64,000 nucleotides of DNA from Acidimicrobiales bacterium. Lineage in GTDB: Bacteria > Actinomycetota > Acidimicrobiia > Acidimicrobiales > Bog-793. A program made the position numbers and the translations under genes. This document shows positions 37,338-46,556 of this stretch, piece by piece. How positions within the stretch are numbered: the stretch's first letter is position 1; every line of letters begins with the position of its first letter. Where the stretch lies: NCBI GenBank assembly GCA_050015255.1, contig JBEKBT010000001.1, forward strand, positions 11,710 through 75,709. The letters are read 5' to 3'. The notes under the pieces are model-generated. The model made no database searches, was not told the DNA's origin, and worked only from the letters and a program-made list of their open reading frames with translations.

Positions 37338-38156
37338 ATGTTTCCCGAACGAATTTGGACCGACGATCCGGTTACCAAAGACCTGGCGCGCCTGCGCGCC
37401 GCAAGCCCGCTCACCCACTGCATCACCAACCTCGTCGTCACGGGCTTCACGGCGAACGTGCTGTTGGCGATCGGGGCCTCGCCCGCCATGGTCATCGCCG
37501 CAGAAGAGGTGGAGGAATTTGCCGCCGTCGCCGACGGACTGCTGGTCAATGTCGGGACGGTGACCACTTCCGACACCGAGGCGATGACCCGGGCCGCCCG
37601 GGCGGCCCGGGCGGCGGGGACTCCGTGGGTTCTCGACCCGGGGGCGGTTGGACCACTGCGTTTCCGGACCCAGCTCGTCGGCCGGCTGCTCGAGCACCAT
37701 CCCGCCATCATCCGTGGGAACGCCTCGGAGATCCTGGCCCTTGCCGGCGCCTCGGGAGGCGGGCGGGGAGCAGATTCGACATCGGACTCCGCAGAGGCGG
37801 TCGAGGGCGCGCGCCAGCTCGCCGTTCGCACCGGCGCCGTGGTCGCGGTGAGTGGTGCCGTGGACTACGTCACCGACGGCGAGGATGTGCTCGCCGTGCC
37901 GGGCGGCCATGTGCTCTTGACCAAGGTGACCGGCTCGGGGTGCGCGCTCGGTGCGGTCATGGCGGCCTTCCTCGGCGTCTCGCATTCACCGCTGGACGCG
38001 GCCGTCGCCGCCTCGGCCGTGTTCGCCGCGGCCGGTGAGCGGGCGGCGGAAAAGGCGGCGGGACCCGGTGGCCTCGCGGTCGGGTTGCTCGACGAGCTCC
38101 ACCGGATCGGCTGCTCGGACGAGGAAGGCCACCGGAGTCTTTCCGCGGTGCCATGA
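37338..38156 (+). CDS. thiM: Hydroxyethylthiazole kinase
   Basis: PLTHCITN.V...FTANVLLA.GASPAM, VNVGT, PWVLDP, IRGNASEI, VSGAVDY, KVTGSGCALG. Confidence 0.92.
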   Translation: MFPERIWTDDPVTKDLARLRAASPLTHCITNLVVTGFTANVLLAIGASPAMVIAAEEVEEFAAVADGLLVNVGTVTTSDTEAMTRAARAARAAGTPWVLDPGAVGPLRFRTQLVGRLLEHHPAIIRGNASEILALAGASGGGRGADSTSDSAEAVEGARQLAVRTGAVVAVSGAVDYVTDGEDVLAVPGGHVLLTKVTGSGCALGAVMAAFLGVSHSPLDAAVAASAVFAAAGERAAEKAAGPGGLAVGLLDELHRIGCSDEEGHRSLSAVP

Positions 38157-38218
38157 GGGCTCTTCGCAGCGCGTTCGGGACGCGGCTCGCCGCGGCCGGT
38201 CCCCGCCGACGCCTGGTG

Positions 38219-38878
38219 ATGAGCTTCAAGACTCTCGCCGCGACGCTCGCCGCGAGCCCCCCGCCAAGCCACCTTGCAACTCGGGTAATCGCCGTCGACG
38301 GCTACTCAGGCGCGGGGAAGAGCTTTTTCGCCACCCGTCTCGCCACAGAGATGGGTGCCGAGTACATCAACACCGACGACCTCGTGCCAGGCTGGACCGG
38401 CCTGGGCGACTCGGTTGCTCTCTTGGCCGAATGGGTCCTCGAGCCCATCACCGCCGGCGAGGCCGCGCGCTGGCACCGCTATGACTGGGAGCTGCTTCGC
38501 TATACCGAGTGGGTGGACTTGGCACCATGTGACACCCTGGTTGTCGACGGGTGCGGTGCCGGACACCGCAGTCTCGCCCCGAACCTGTCGTGGCTCGTAT
38601 GGGTGACCGCTCCGGCCGAGCTCCGGGCCAGACGCCTACCGTTGCGCTCGGACTGGGAGATGTACGAGCCTCACGTGGCGACGTGGGCCGCACAAGAAAG
38701 GTTGCTCCGGGCCAGCGACGACGTCGCCGCCCGCGCGGACCTGGTCGTCGACAGCGGTCGCACCGAGGCTCCGAGCTGTCCCGTCAGCTTCGATCCCGAG
38801 CGCGAGTTCGTCTACTTGGACAATGGCGCCTGGTCGGCAGGCTCGCCCAGGGCGGCCTTTTCCAGCAACGCCCGGTAG
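38219..38878 (+). CDS. P-loop nucleoside/uridine kinase-like protein
   Basis: IAVDGYSGAGKS, TDDL..GW, RYDW, VVDGCG, RADLVVD; alternative start 38153. Confidence 0.75.
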   Translation: MSFKTLAATLAASPPPSHLATRVIAVDGYSGAGKSFFATRLATEMGAEYINTDDLVPGWTGLGDSVALLAEWVLEPITAGEAARWHRYDWELLRYTEWVDLAPCDTLVVDGCGAGHRSLAPNLSWLVWVTAPAELRARRLPLRSDWEMYEPHVATWAAQERLLRASDDVAARADLVVDSGRTEAPSCPVSFDPEREFVYLDNGAWSAGSPRAAFSSNAR

Positions 38879-40272
38879 CGAGAGCGGATGTCGTCGAGGT
38901 CGTTCGGCTCGGGCACGGACTCCTCAGCGCTCCGGGCGATCATCTCGCCCTGGCGCACGAGCACCCTCCGCTGCGCCTCGGTCCTGGTCTCTTCCATGAC
39001 CGCGCTCAGCGCGTCCATCATGTGGATCATCACCACCGCAATTCCTCGAGACGACTGGCGGATCTTGTCGAAGGCCCGGTTGGCCATCCGGGCATAGGAA
39101 GGAGCGGGCTCGATGAGTCGCACGCGGCCGGAATGATCCCTGTAGATGCCCTCTCCGAGGGTCCGGCCGGAGACTCGTCTCAGTCCCGACGAGAGCCAGT
39201 CGATGCACGTGAGCGCCGTGAAGGTGTCGTTGACGGCCGGGGAGAGGGCGCGGATGGCGATCTCGACCAGCTGGTCGATGGCGAAGACCGGATCTTGCAT
39301 GAGTGTCCGGTGCGGCCCGGTCACATGCGCCTTGGCGAGCGCCTGGGCGACCTGCTGGGCGGCGCCGCGCGGCCAGACCGTGGCGAGGGGACGCCCGGCT
39401 GCGATGAAGTGGCCCGGCCGGTGAGTGAGGCGGATGACGGCATCGATCTGCGTCGCGAGGTCGACCAGCTGGGCGTAGCCGACGAACTGCAGGTAGCCGC
39501 TCGTAACCGCAGGAACTGCGGCGCCGCGCTCCTCGAGCACCTTCATCACCTCTGCCGCGGAGGTTCCATAGCCGACCGGCTCTGGTTCTTTCGGCTCAGC
39601 TGACTCTTCTGGGAATTCGGCATCTATCTCACGGGTCAGGTCACGGGCGATCCCGGCGATCACCTCCGGCAGCTGGATCGACTTGGCGATGTGGTGGATG
39701 AAGTAGATGAGGACCCCGACGTCGACGAGAAGCAGCGCTTCGGCGACCACTATCGACAGGTGGGGCACGAAGACGCCGTGGGGACCGGTGATGGCGAGCG
39801 AGCCGAGGGCGAGGGTCGAGTACACGAAGGTGGCCACGAAGACGCCGAGGGTCATCTGGTTGCCGATGTCGCGGACGAAGTTGCGCATCATGCGGGGACC
39901 GAACTGCTGGGAGGCGAAGGTGACAGCGAGGATCGTGATCGAGAACACGACGCCGATGACGGTGATGATCGCCGCCGCGATGGCGATGAGAACCTCGCGG
40001 CCGGCGTCCGCGCTCCCGGTTCGCATCCAGAAAGGCAGTACGAGGTGGCCGTGGTAGGCCGCCCAGTCGATGGCGAAGGTCACCGCGAACAGCCCGCAGG
40101 CAACGATGACGAGGAGGGTGGGCACCATCCAGAACGTCGTGCGGAGCGCTTCCCACCGCCAGCTGGCCAGCTTTCGATGCCTCTCCCAGGTTTGCACCTG
40201 TTCGGCGAGCGGGCGCGAACCAGCCTCCGGCGGGGCCGACTGCGGCTCAGATGGGGAGGGGGAATCGGTCAA
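38812..40272 (-). CDS. DUF2254-family membrane protein
   Basis: FWMVP, ASQQFGPR..RNF, FIHHIA.SIQ, SGYLQ, RT..QDP.F...QLVEIAIRALSPAVNDTFTA; start uncertain. Confidence 0.85.
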   Translation of the reverse strand: MTDSPSPSEPQSAPPEAGSRPLAEQVQTWERHRKLASWRWEALRTTFWMVPTLLVIVACGLFAVTFAIDWAAYHGHLVLPFWMRTGSADAGREVLIAIAAAIITVIGVVFSITILAVTFASQQFGPRMMRNFVRDIGNQMTLGVFVATFVYSTLALGSLAITGPHGVFVPHLSIVVAEALLLVDVGVLIYFIHHIAKSIQLPEVIAGIARDLTREIDAEFPEESAEPKEPEPVGYGTSAAEVMKVLEERGAAVPAVTSGYLQFVGYAQLVDLATQIDAVIRLTHRPGHFIAAGRPLATVWPRGAAQQVAQALAKAHVTGPHRTLMQDPVFAIDQLVEIAIRALSPAVNDTFTALTCIDWLSSGLRRVSGRTLGEGIYRDHSGRVRLIEPAPSYARMANRAFDKIRQSSRGIAVVMIHMMDALSAVMEETRTEAQRRVLVRQGEMIARSAEESVPEPNDLDDIRSRYRALLEKAALGEPADQAPLSK

Positions 40273-40486
40273 TGGGGTCGGTCCTCTGGTTGCCGACCAG
40301 TCTTCCCGGCGCACCTTTGCCAACAGACAATACTCACGCCGCGCGCAGGGCCGCTCCGAGAAGCCTCCCGGAGGCCGCCGCCGGATCAGCCCCGCCGCCA
40401 CCCGGCCTGCCTCGATTGGCTAAATTCACCTTGCTCGCAAGACCGCGATCGCGGCCCGCCGAGAAGATGTTCGCAACCAGGGGGGA

Positions 40487-41119
40487 ATGATGACGGACAC
40501 GAAGGCTGAGCTTTCGCCACAGGGACCCGCGGCCGACCTCGGCCCTCCTCCGGGTGCGCCACCCAGACCGGTCATTCAGATCGTGCCTCTGAAGGGCCTG
40601 CCGATCGTCGCCGTCGTCCTCGCCTTCCTCGTCGCCTCGATCGGCTTCAACTGGCAGTGGGGCCTCGACTTCAACCACGTTGCAGGCGGGGCGTTGTGGA
40701 CGGGGATCGACCTGTTCGTCGGGCTCGTCGTCGGCCCGATCCTCGGACGGCTTTCCATCCCCGCCCGCGCGGAGTTCTCGGCCAGGTTCATGCCGAAGAT
40801 GGTGCTCCTCATGCCGACGCTCGTCGCCATGACTCTGGCTCCCGGGTTTCAGCTGGCGCTCGACCTCGGCAACTTGAAAACGTCGAGCCCGAACCATTCC
40901 TGGCTCATCGTGTCGTTCATCGTCGTCGGGGTCATGGCCATCATCGCCCTCAGCATCCTCGAGCCGGCCAACCTCGCCGTCCTGTTCGAGATGCGCAAGC
41001 CGCGGCCGAACGGCGAGGTGATCGCCAAGCTCATGAAGCGCTTCATCTACACAGCAGGCATCACGGGCCTGATGCAGGTCGCGACGCTCGTCATCATGAC
41101 CCGGGTGGCGTCCCAATGA
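40487..41119 (+). CDS. Uncharacterised membrane protein (HVxxGxxWxG helix, CopD-like)
   Basis: About 5 TMs; NHVAGGALWTGIDLF.G. Confidence 0.7.
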   Translation: MMTDTKAELSPQGPAADLGPPPGAPPRPVIQIVPLKGLPIVAVVLAFLVASIGFNWQWGLDFNHVAGGALWTGIDLFVGLVVGPILGRLSIPARAEFSARFMPKMVLLMPTLVAMTLAPGFQLALDLGNLKTSSPNHSWLIVSFIVVGVMAIIALSILEPANLAVLFEMRKPRPNGEVIAKLMKRFIYTAGITGLMQVATLVIMTRVASQ

Positions 41120-41556
41120 GCCTGCCGAGCAAGAACGGCCCCTCGGCTGTCACGACCGAGCGGCGCTTCGCGCCTGTCGCAGAAGTGGGTGCCGCCGCCC
41201 TGGCGCTGATCGTGGTCGGGGGCATCTACATGGCTTCGTACGCGCCGCGCCGGGCACCTCTGGCGCTGCCGATCGTCCTCGCCGCCGCGAGCGGGGTTCT
41301 CGTCTTGGCGAGCATCGTCATGCTGGCCCGCACGAAGGGCTTCGCCTGGGACAAGTTCTTCCTCGTCGGGAGATGGACCCTGCTCTCGTATGTGATCGCG
41401 GCGGGACTCATCGAGTTCGCCTTCGTACGGGACCACATCCGGGGTGGGCCGCTCGCGGTGATCACGGCGATGTTGGTCCTTTTCGCCGTCATCGTCCCGC
41501 TCATCATCAGCTTCACCGTCGCCCGCTACCAATCCGCCCGGGGCGAAACCGCCTGA
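41116..41556 (+). CDS. Uncharacterised 4-TM membrane protein
   Basis: ATGA overlap; GGIYMAS, FAWDKF, FTVARY. Confidence 0.7.
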   Translation: MSLPSKNGPSAVTTERRFAPVAEVGAAALALIVVGGIYMASYAPRRAPLALPIVLAAASGVLVLASIVMLARTKGFAWDKFFLVGRWTLLSYVIAAGLIEFAFVRDHIRGGPLAVITAMLVLFAVIVPLIISFTVARYQSARGETA

Positions 41557-41604
41557 CCCGGGCAGCCGCCGGGCGCGGTGGTCTTGCTGGCGCAGCGGCG
41601 GGCG

Positions 41605-42867
41605 ATGCTCCATGCTCGTGCGGTGGAGAGCGAGCCACGCGACTCAGTGGACGGCTCACGCCCCTCGGTCGCGACACCCGCAACCAGGCCCACGACCAGG
41701 CATCGCAGCACCTATGTCGCCCGCCGGTCGCCCGTCGTTCTTGCCGCCGGACTGAAGAGCCTCGCCCGGCGCGTCTACGAGGGGCGCTGGCCGGTCCGGG
41801 TCATGTCGGTGAGCGCCGCTGCCGCGGGCGCCACGTGGGCGGTCTGCCTCCCGTTCGGCGACGTCCCCTCGGCCTTCGGCGCGGCGTCGGCCGTTTACGC
41901 CGTGCAGCTGACGGTGCGGACCTCGGTGCTCGACGGGGTCAAGCGGACCGTGCTCATGGGTCTCAGCGTCCTCCTCGCCGTCGTGATCCTGAGGACCGTC
42001 GGGCTTTCCGCCCTCGCGGTCATGGCACTGGTTTTCGTGTCACTCGGCGTCGGCCAGATCTTGAGGCTCGGCGTGGCCGGGTCAGCGCAGATCCCGGGCA
42101 CGGCCATCTTCATCCTGGCCCTCGGCACGTCCATGTCCATGCCCAAGGTGCTGGACAGGGTGTGGGCGACCCTTGTCGGCGCCGTCATCGGCGCCGCCGC
42201 CTCCTATGTCGCCTATCCGGGAGATCCCCGTGAACGGGCCCGGCGCGCCCTGGCCGGGCTCGCCGGCTCGATCGCGGGCCTGCTCGAAGAGATGGCCGCG
42301 GGCGTGAAGAGAACCCCGACCGCTACCGAGACCGACCTCTGGCTTGCCCGCTCGCGGGGGCTGGAGGAGGACCTCGAGCGGGCGCGCCCACTCGTCGACG
42401 AGGCGGTTGCGTTTCTCCGGGTGGACCCGTTCGGCCGGAGAACGGGCACTTCCGAGCTTTCGCAGGTGTTGGTCGCGCTCACGCACTCGGTCGCCCAGCT
42501 GCGGGCGATAGCGCGCACGTTGTTCGACCACCGCCTCGACGGAGCGCCCCGGCTACCGGCGAGCCTCGCCGAAGTGCTCTCGCGGACCGCACTCGCCTAC
42601 CAGGCCCGGGCCGAGGCTCTGCAGGGGAACACCCCGAACGTGGACGCTGCCCTGGATGCCGTGCGCCAGGCGCGTCGCGAGTCGCTGCGCAGTCTCCGCC
42701 GGGTGGACGAGACCGGCTCTTGGGTCGTCTCCGGTGCCATCCTCACCGAGGTGGACCGGATGGTCCAGCAACTCGAAGGCGACGCTCCGGCCCTCGGCGT
42801 CCAACCCGAGATTTCCCGCCGCCGCTCCCGCCGCAGAGCCCGACGGGGCGGTGCCGAGCGCGCCTGA
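41605..42867 (+). CDS. FUSC/aromatic acid exporter-like membrane protein
   Basis: N-terminal TM block (AVQLTV..S, DRV..TLVG..IG) plus helical C-terminus; start uncertain. Confidence 0.7.
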   Translation: MLHARAVESEPRDSVDGSRPSVATPATRPTTRHRSTYVARRSPVVLAAGLKSLARRVYEGRWPVRVMSVSAAAAGATWAVCLPFGDVPSAFGAASAVYAVQLTVRTSVLDGVKRTVLMGLSVLLAVVILRTVGLSALAVMALVFVSLGVGQILRLGVAGSAQIPGTAIFILALGTSMSMPKVLDRVWATLVGAVIGAAASYVAYPGDPRERARRALAGLAGSIAGLLEEMAAGVKRTPTATETDLWLARSRGLEEDLERARPLVDEAVAFLRVDPFGRRTGTSELSQVLVALTHSVAQLRAIARTLFDHRLDGAPRLPASLAEVLSRTALAYQARAEALQGNTPNVDAALDAVRQARRESLRSLRRVDETGSWVVSGAILTEVDRMVQQLEGDAPALGVQPEISRRRSRRRARRGGAERA

Positions 42868-42989
42868 CGACAAGAGCACCAAGGAGGCCTCGAACCTCCT
42901 TTGTATATCCTGTAGTCAGCTCATTCCGAGCTACGGCGTTCCGAGCCGATCGGACCCAGATCGGGGGTTCTATTGGGACCCGAAAGACC

Positions 42990-43172
42990 ATGAACATCGA
43001 GTACAAGGTGAAGGAGTGGCACACCGGATCGGTCCATGCCGGCGAGACCGGGGCCTCGGGCCTGGAGGCCATGTTGAACGAGCCGGAGCTGTCCGGCTAC
43101 CGCCTCCACACCGTGTTGGGTGGTATCGACCAATCACTGCTGATCTTCACCAAGGAGACCGAGGACTCCTAG
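42990..43172 (+). CDS. Small DUF4177-like protein (60 aa)
   Basis: EYKV...LEAMLNE...GYRL..V....LIFTKE pattern. Confidence 0.6.
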   Translation: MNIEYKVKEWHTGSVHAGETGASGLEAMLNEPELSGYRLHTVLGGIDQSLLIFTKETEDS

Positions 43173-43657
43173 AGCGGGTCCACCGAGATGACGCGGCCGT
43201 TGGCCACGTGCTCGGTCCATCCTGACCCGTCGAAATAACGAAGCTCGTTACGGCCCGTCGGGTCCGACAGCCAGGCCGTGAGCGCGGTCGCGGCCGGCGG
43301 CGGCTGGGCAGACCTGGGCACCGGACCGAGCTGGGCCGCCGGTGAGTACCCGGGGACGCCCGCCTTGTACTCGGCAACCTCGGTGACGCCCCGCTCGCGA
43401 CCCGGTTGCAGCCGGGGTGACCAGGCGACGATAGATAGCAAAGTGCCGAAGATCGCCACGAAGACGATCGACAGCAATGTGACGAAGAAGGCCACGAAGA
43501 CGCTGACGCCACCCCAGACAAGGGGGTGGATGTGCCAGGGGCTATTGCCCGTTCGCCGCTTGTACGCGTTCGTGCGCATGAACGCCAGCATTCCGAACAC
43601 CAGGCCCAAAGTGAGGTACAGGCTCGCCCGGACAAAGATCAGGCCCGTCATGCGCAC
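43169..43657 (-). CDS. DUF2510-domain membrane protein
   Basis: WLSDPTGRNELRYFDGSGWTEHV; N-terminal TMs; TAGACT 6 nt before GTG. Confidence 0.8.
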   Translation of the reverse strand: MRMTGLIFVRASLYLTLGLVFGMLAFMRTNAYKRRTGNSPWHIHPLVWGGVSVFVAFFVTLLSIVFVAIFGTLLSIVAWSPRLQPGRERGVTEVAEYKAGVPGYSPAAQLGPVPRSAQPPPAATALTAWLSDPTGRNELRYFDGSGWTEHVANGRVISVDPL

Positions 43658-43714
43658 GGCGCGAGTCTAGGATGCTGCCGCCCGGTCGGCACCGGTGAGG
43701 TTGTCGTCGTTTCC

Positions 43715-46483
43715 TCAAAGGCCGTAGAAGACCCGCTCGACCACCTTGCGGCTGCGCCGCGTCACGCGCCGGTACGACTCGCGCAGGCCCGTCGGGGTGG
43801 TCCCGAGGCTCCTCGCCAGGCGCGACTGGAGCTCGGGTTGGCGGGGCATGGCGTCAGCCCCGCTGCCGACCACGCCCCCGGCGCCGGCGACGTAGTTGCC
43901 CACGAGGTGCCACCGGTTCCTCGTCTTGGCGCAGAAACGGTAGGCGTCCCTGAGCGTGGCGGCATCGGCGGCGCTGAGCGCCCCCACACGCTCGAGTCGA
44001 TCCAGCGCCTCGCGAGTCGAGCTGGCCCGGGTGCCGGTGCGGAGCTGGAGGAGCTGCGCCGTCCACTCGACGTCGCTGAGCGAGCCGCGGCCGAGCTTCA
44101 GGTGGAACTGCGAGTCCTCGCTGGGCGGGATGCGCTCACGCTCGACGCGGGCTTTCATCCTTCGGATCTCCCTTTCGGTGGCCTCGTCGAGGGGCGAGGA
44201 CCACACTGCTTGGTCGGCGAGGGCCACGAATCGCTCTCTGACCGCCTCGTCGCCCGCGACAGGCCGGGCGCGCAGCAGAGCCTGGCGCTCCCAGGCGGCG
44301 CCCCAGCGGCGGTGGTACTCCTCGTAGGCGTCCAGGCTGCGGGCGAGCGGGCCCTGTCTTCCCTCCGGGCGGAGCGAGGCGTCGATGCGGACGATCCCTT
44401 CGGCGGGCGTCGACCCGTTGCACAGCCGGAAGAGCTCACCTGCGGCCCTTTCAGCCGCCCGCGCGTCCGAGACGGTCGTACCCTCGTAGACGACCAGCAC
44501 GTCGAGGTCGCTCCCGTAGGCGATCTCGGCCCCGCCGAAGCTCCCCATGGCGATCACCGCCATCGGGACGCCGGGAGCGATGGCGTGCAAGCCGGCCGCG
44601 ACGACCGCAGCCCCGAGCGCGGCGAGGGCGCGGCCGGTGGCGCCGGTGCCCGAGAGGCCGAGGACGTCCTGGGCCGCGATCCGCACCGTTTCGATCTCGA
44701 AGAAGGTCCGGAGGGCACCGCTGCGCCGGTCGGGTCCCTGTTCGGCTGCGATCGTGGCCTTTTCGGCGAGCTCGTCGGGATCGAGGGCGCGCAGCGCCCC
44801 CTTGTCATCGAGAAGCTCCACGAAGTCGGGGTGCCGGGCGATGATCTCGCCCAGCCGGCGGCTCGTCCCCAAGAGGAGGCACAGCCTCCGGGCCACTTCG
44901 GATGACTCCCGGAACGCCGTCACGAGCAGGTCGCGCCGGTGCGGGCTGCCGGCAAGGGTGCGCAGCCCGACGAGGCCCTGGTCGGGATCGGGCGACTCGG
45001 AGAGCCAGTCGAGCAGCAGCGGCAGCAGTTGTTGCATGAGCCTTGAGGATCGGGTGAGGCCCCGCGTGAGCTCGCTCAGGGCCTGGCGGGTCCGCTCGGC
45101 GTCGGCAAAGCCGAAGGCGGCCAGGCGCTCCTCGGCGGCGTCTGGTGCGAAACCATGCTCGGTGGTCGCTTGCTCGCCGCGCCCGGGGACGTTGCCCCGA
45201 GCCGTGCCAACGGCGAAGGCCTCGAGCAGCGGCCTGAAGAAAAGGCGCTCGTGGATGGCCCTCCCGGCGCTCTGGTGGCGGGCGAGGACGGCGTCGAACC
45301 GCTCCGCCGGGGTTTCCTCCGGCCGGCCCCGGAAGCCGAGCACTCGTGCCAGCCGGTCCCGAGCCTCACGTTCCGCCGGCACCGTGTGCTCCTGGGCCTC
45401 CTCGACGAGCTGGAGACGGTGCTCGACGGTGCGCAGGAAACGGTAGGCGATGGCGAGTGTCGCGGCGTCCTCGGCCGCCACGTACCCCGCTTCGGCCAGC
45501 TCGGCGAGGGCGGGAAGGGTGGCCCGCAGGCGCAGGGCCGGGTCGCGCCCGCCGTGGACGAGCTGCAGCAGCTGCACGGAGAACTCCACGTCCCGGATCC
45601 CGCCGCGGCCTCGCTTGAGCTCGCGGCGGTCGAGGCCACGGCGGACGATGACCGCCTCCGCCCGCGCTTTCATCGTGCGCAGCTCGGCAAGCTCGTCGGC
45701 GCCGAAGCGCCGGGACCACAGGTGCTCGGAGGCCGCCTGCTCGAACAGCCGGCCGCAGGCGGCCTCGCCGGCGGAGTGGCGCGCCTTCAACAGCGCCTGG
45801 AACTCCCAGGGGCGGGCCCACCGTTCCCAGTAGGCGACATAGGAGGCGACGGAGCGGACGAGTACGCCGGAGCGTCCCTCCGGGCGCAGGTTGGTGTCGA
45901 TGCGGTAGGCGCGAGACGCGATCGCCACGACCGAGCGCGCCAGGGAGGGATTGACCTCGGAGGCGTCCGCGGCCACGAGGACGATGTCGACGTCGCTCGC
46001 GTAGTTGAGTTCCTGGGCACCGTGCTTGCCCATGGCGATGACCGCGAGGCCGTCCTCGGCCCCGGCTAGGGCGATGGCACCGGCCAGGACGCGATCGGCG
46101 ACATGGGACAAAGAGGCGGTCACTTGTTCGAGGTCGTCAAGGCCGAGGAGATCCCGGGCGGCGACCTCGAGCAACGAGAGATGCTTGCGGCGGACGAGGT
46201 CCTCGACGTCTGCCGCCTCGGCAGGGTCCCAGCGCAACTCACCGGGCTTTGCGACCACGCCGTGCGCCAGGACGTCTACTGCCGCGGGATCGGTCGTGAT
46301 CACCCGCGACAACGAGCGGCTCGCGGCTGCGACGGCCGCGAACGCGCCAGCGAGGCCGGGCTCGGATGCGAGCCGGTCGCCGGCGGACGGGAAGGCCTCG
46401 AGGAGCTGGTCGGCCACGAGGCGCACCATGTCGGGAGCTGCAGAGGCGCGCACGAACTTGTCGGGCAGCTGTGGTGTGGGCAT
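43715..46483 (-). CDS. glnE: Bifunctional glutamine synthetase adenylyltransferase/adenylyl-removing enzyme
   Basis: Two NT domains: AMGKHGAQELNYASDVD...LRPEG; MGSFGG.E..YGSDLD...LRPEGRQG; LKRGRGGIRDVEF; KLGRGSLSDVEW. Confidence 0.93.
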   Translation of the reverse strand: MPTPQLPDKFVRASAAPDMVRLVADQLLEAFPSAGDRLASEPGLAGAFAAVAAASRSLSRVITTDPAAVDVLAHGVVAKPGELRWDPAEAADVEDLVRRKHLSLLEVAARDLLGLDDLEQVTASLSHVADRVLAGAIALAGAEDGLAVIAMGKHGAQELNYASDVDIVLVAADASEVNPSLARSVVAIASRAYRIDTNLRPEGRSGVLVRSVASYVAYWERWARPWEFQALLKARHSAGEAACGRLFEQAASEHLWSRRFGADELAELRTMKARAEAVIVRRGLDRRELKRGRGGIRDVEFSVQLLQLVHGGRDPALRLRATLPALAELAEAGYVAAEDAATLAIAYRFLRTVEHRLQLVEEAQEHTVPAEREARDRLARVLGFRGRPEETPAERFDAVLARHQSAGRAIHERLFFRPLLEAFAVGTARGNVPGRGEQATTEHGFAPDAAEERLAAFGFADAERTRQALSELTRGLTRSSRLMQQLLPLLLDWLSESPDPDQGLVGLRTLAGSPHRRDLLVTAFRESSEVARRLCLLLGTSRRLGEIIARHPDFVELLDDKGALRALDPDELAEKATIAAEQGPDRRSGALRTFFEIETVRIAAQDVLGLSGTGATGRALAALGAAVVAAGLHAIAPGVPMAVIAMGSFGGAEIAYGSDLDVLVVYEGTTVSDARAAERAAGELFRLCNGSTPAEGIVRIDASLRPEGRQGPLARSLDAYEEYHRRWGAAWERQALLRARPVAGDEAVRERFVALADQAVWSSPLDEATEREIRRMKARVERERIPPSEDSQFHLKLGRGSLSDVEWTAQLLQLRTGTRASSTREALDRLERVGALSAADAATLRDAYRFCAKTRNRWHLVGNYVAGAGGVVGSGADAMPRQPELQSRLARSLGTTPTGLRESYRRVTRRSRKVVERVFYGL

Positions 46484-46556
46484 CGGCGGAGGACTCCTCT
46501 GTGAGAGGCTAATGGCTTCGTTGGGCCGGACCCGGGTCACCGGTAGCATTCGAGTC

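Noticed and set aside
46005-46556. Long N-terminal extension of NadE
   Set aside because: Antisense to glnE; the nitrilase domain begins at about 46557
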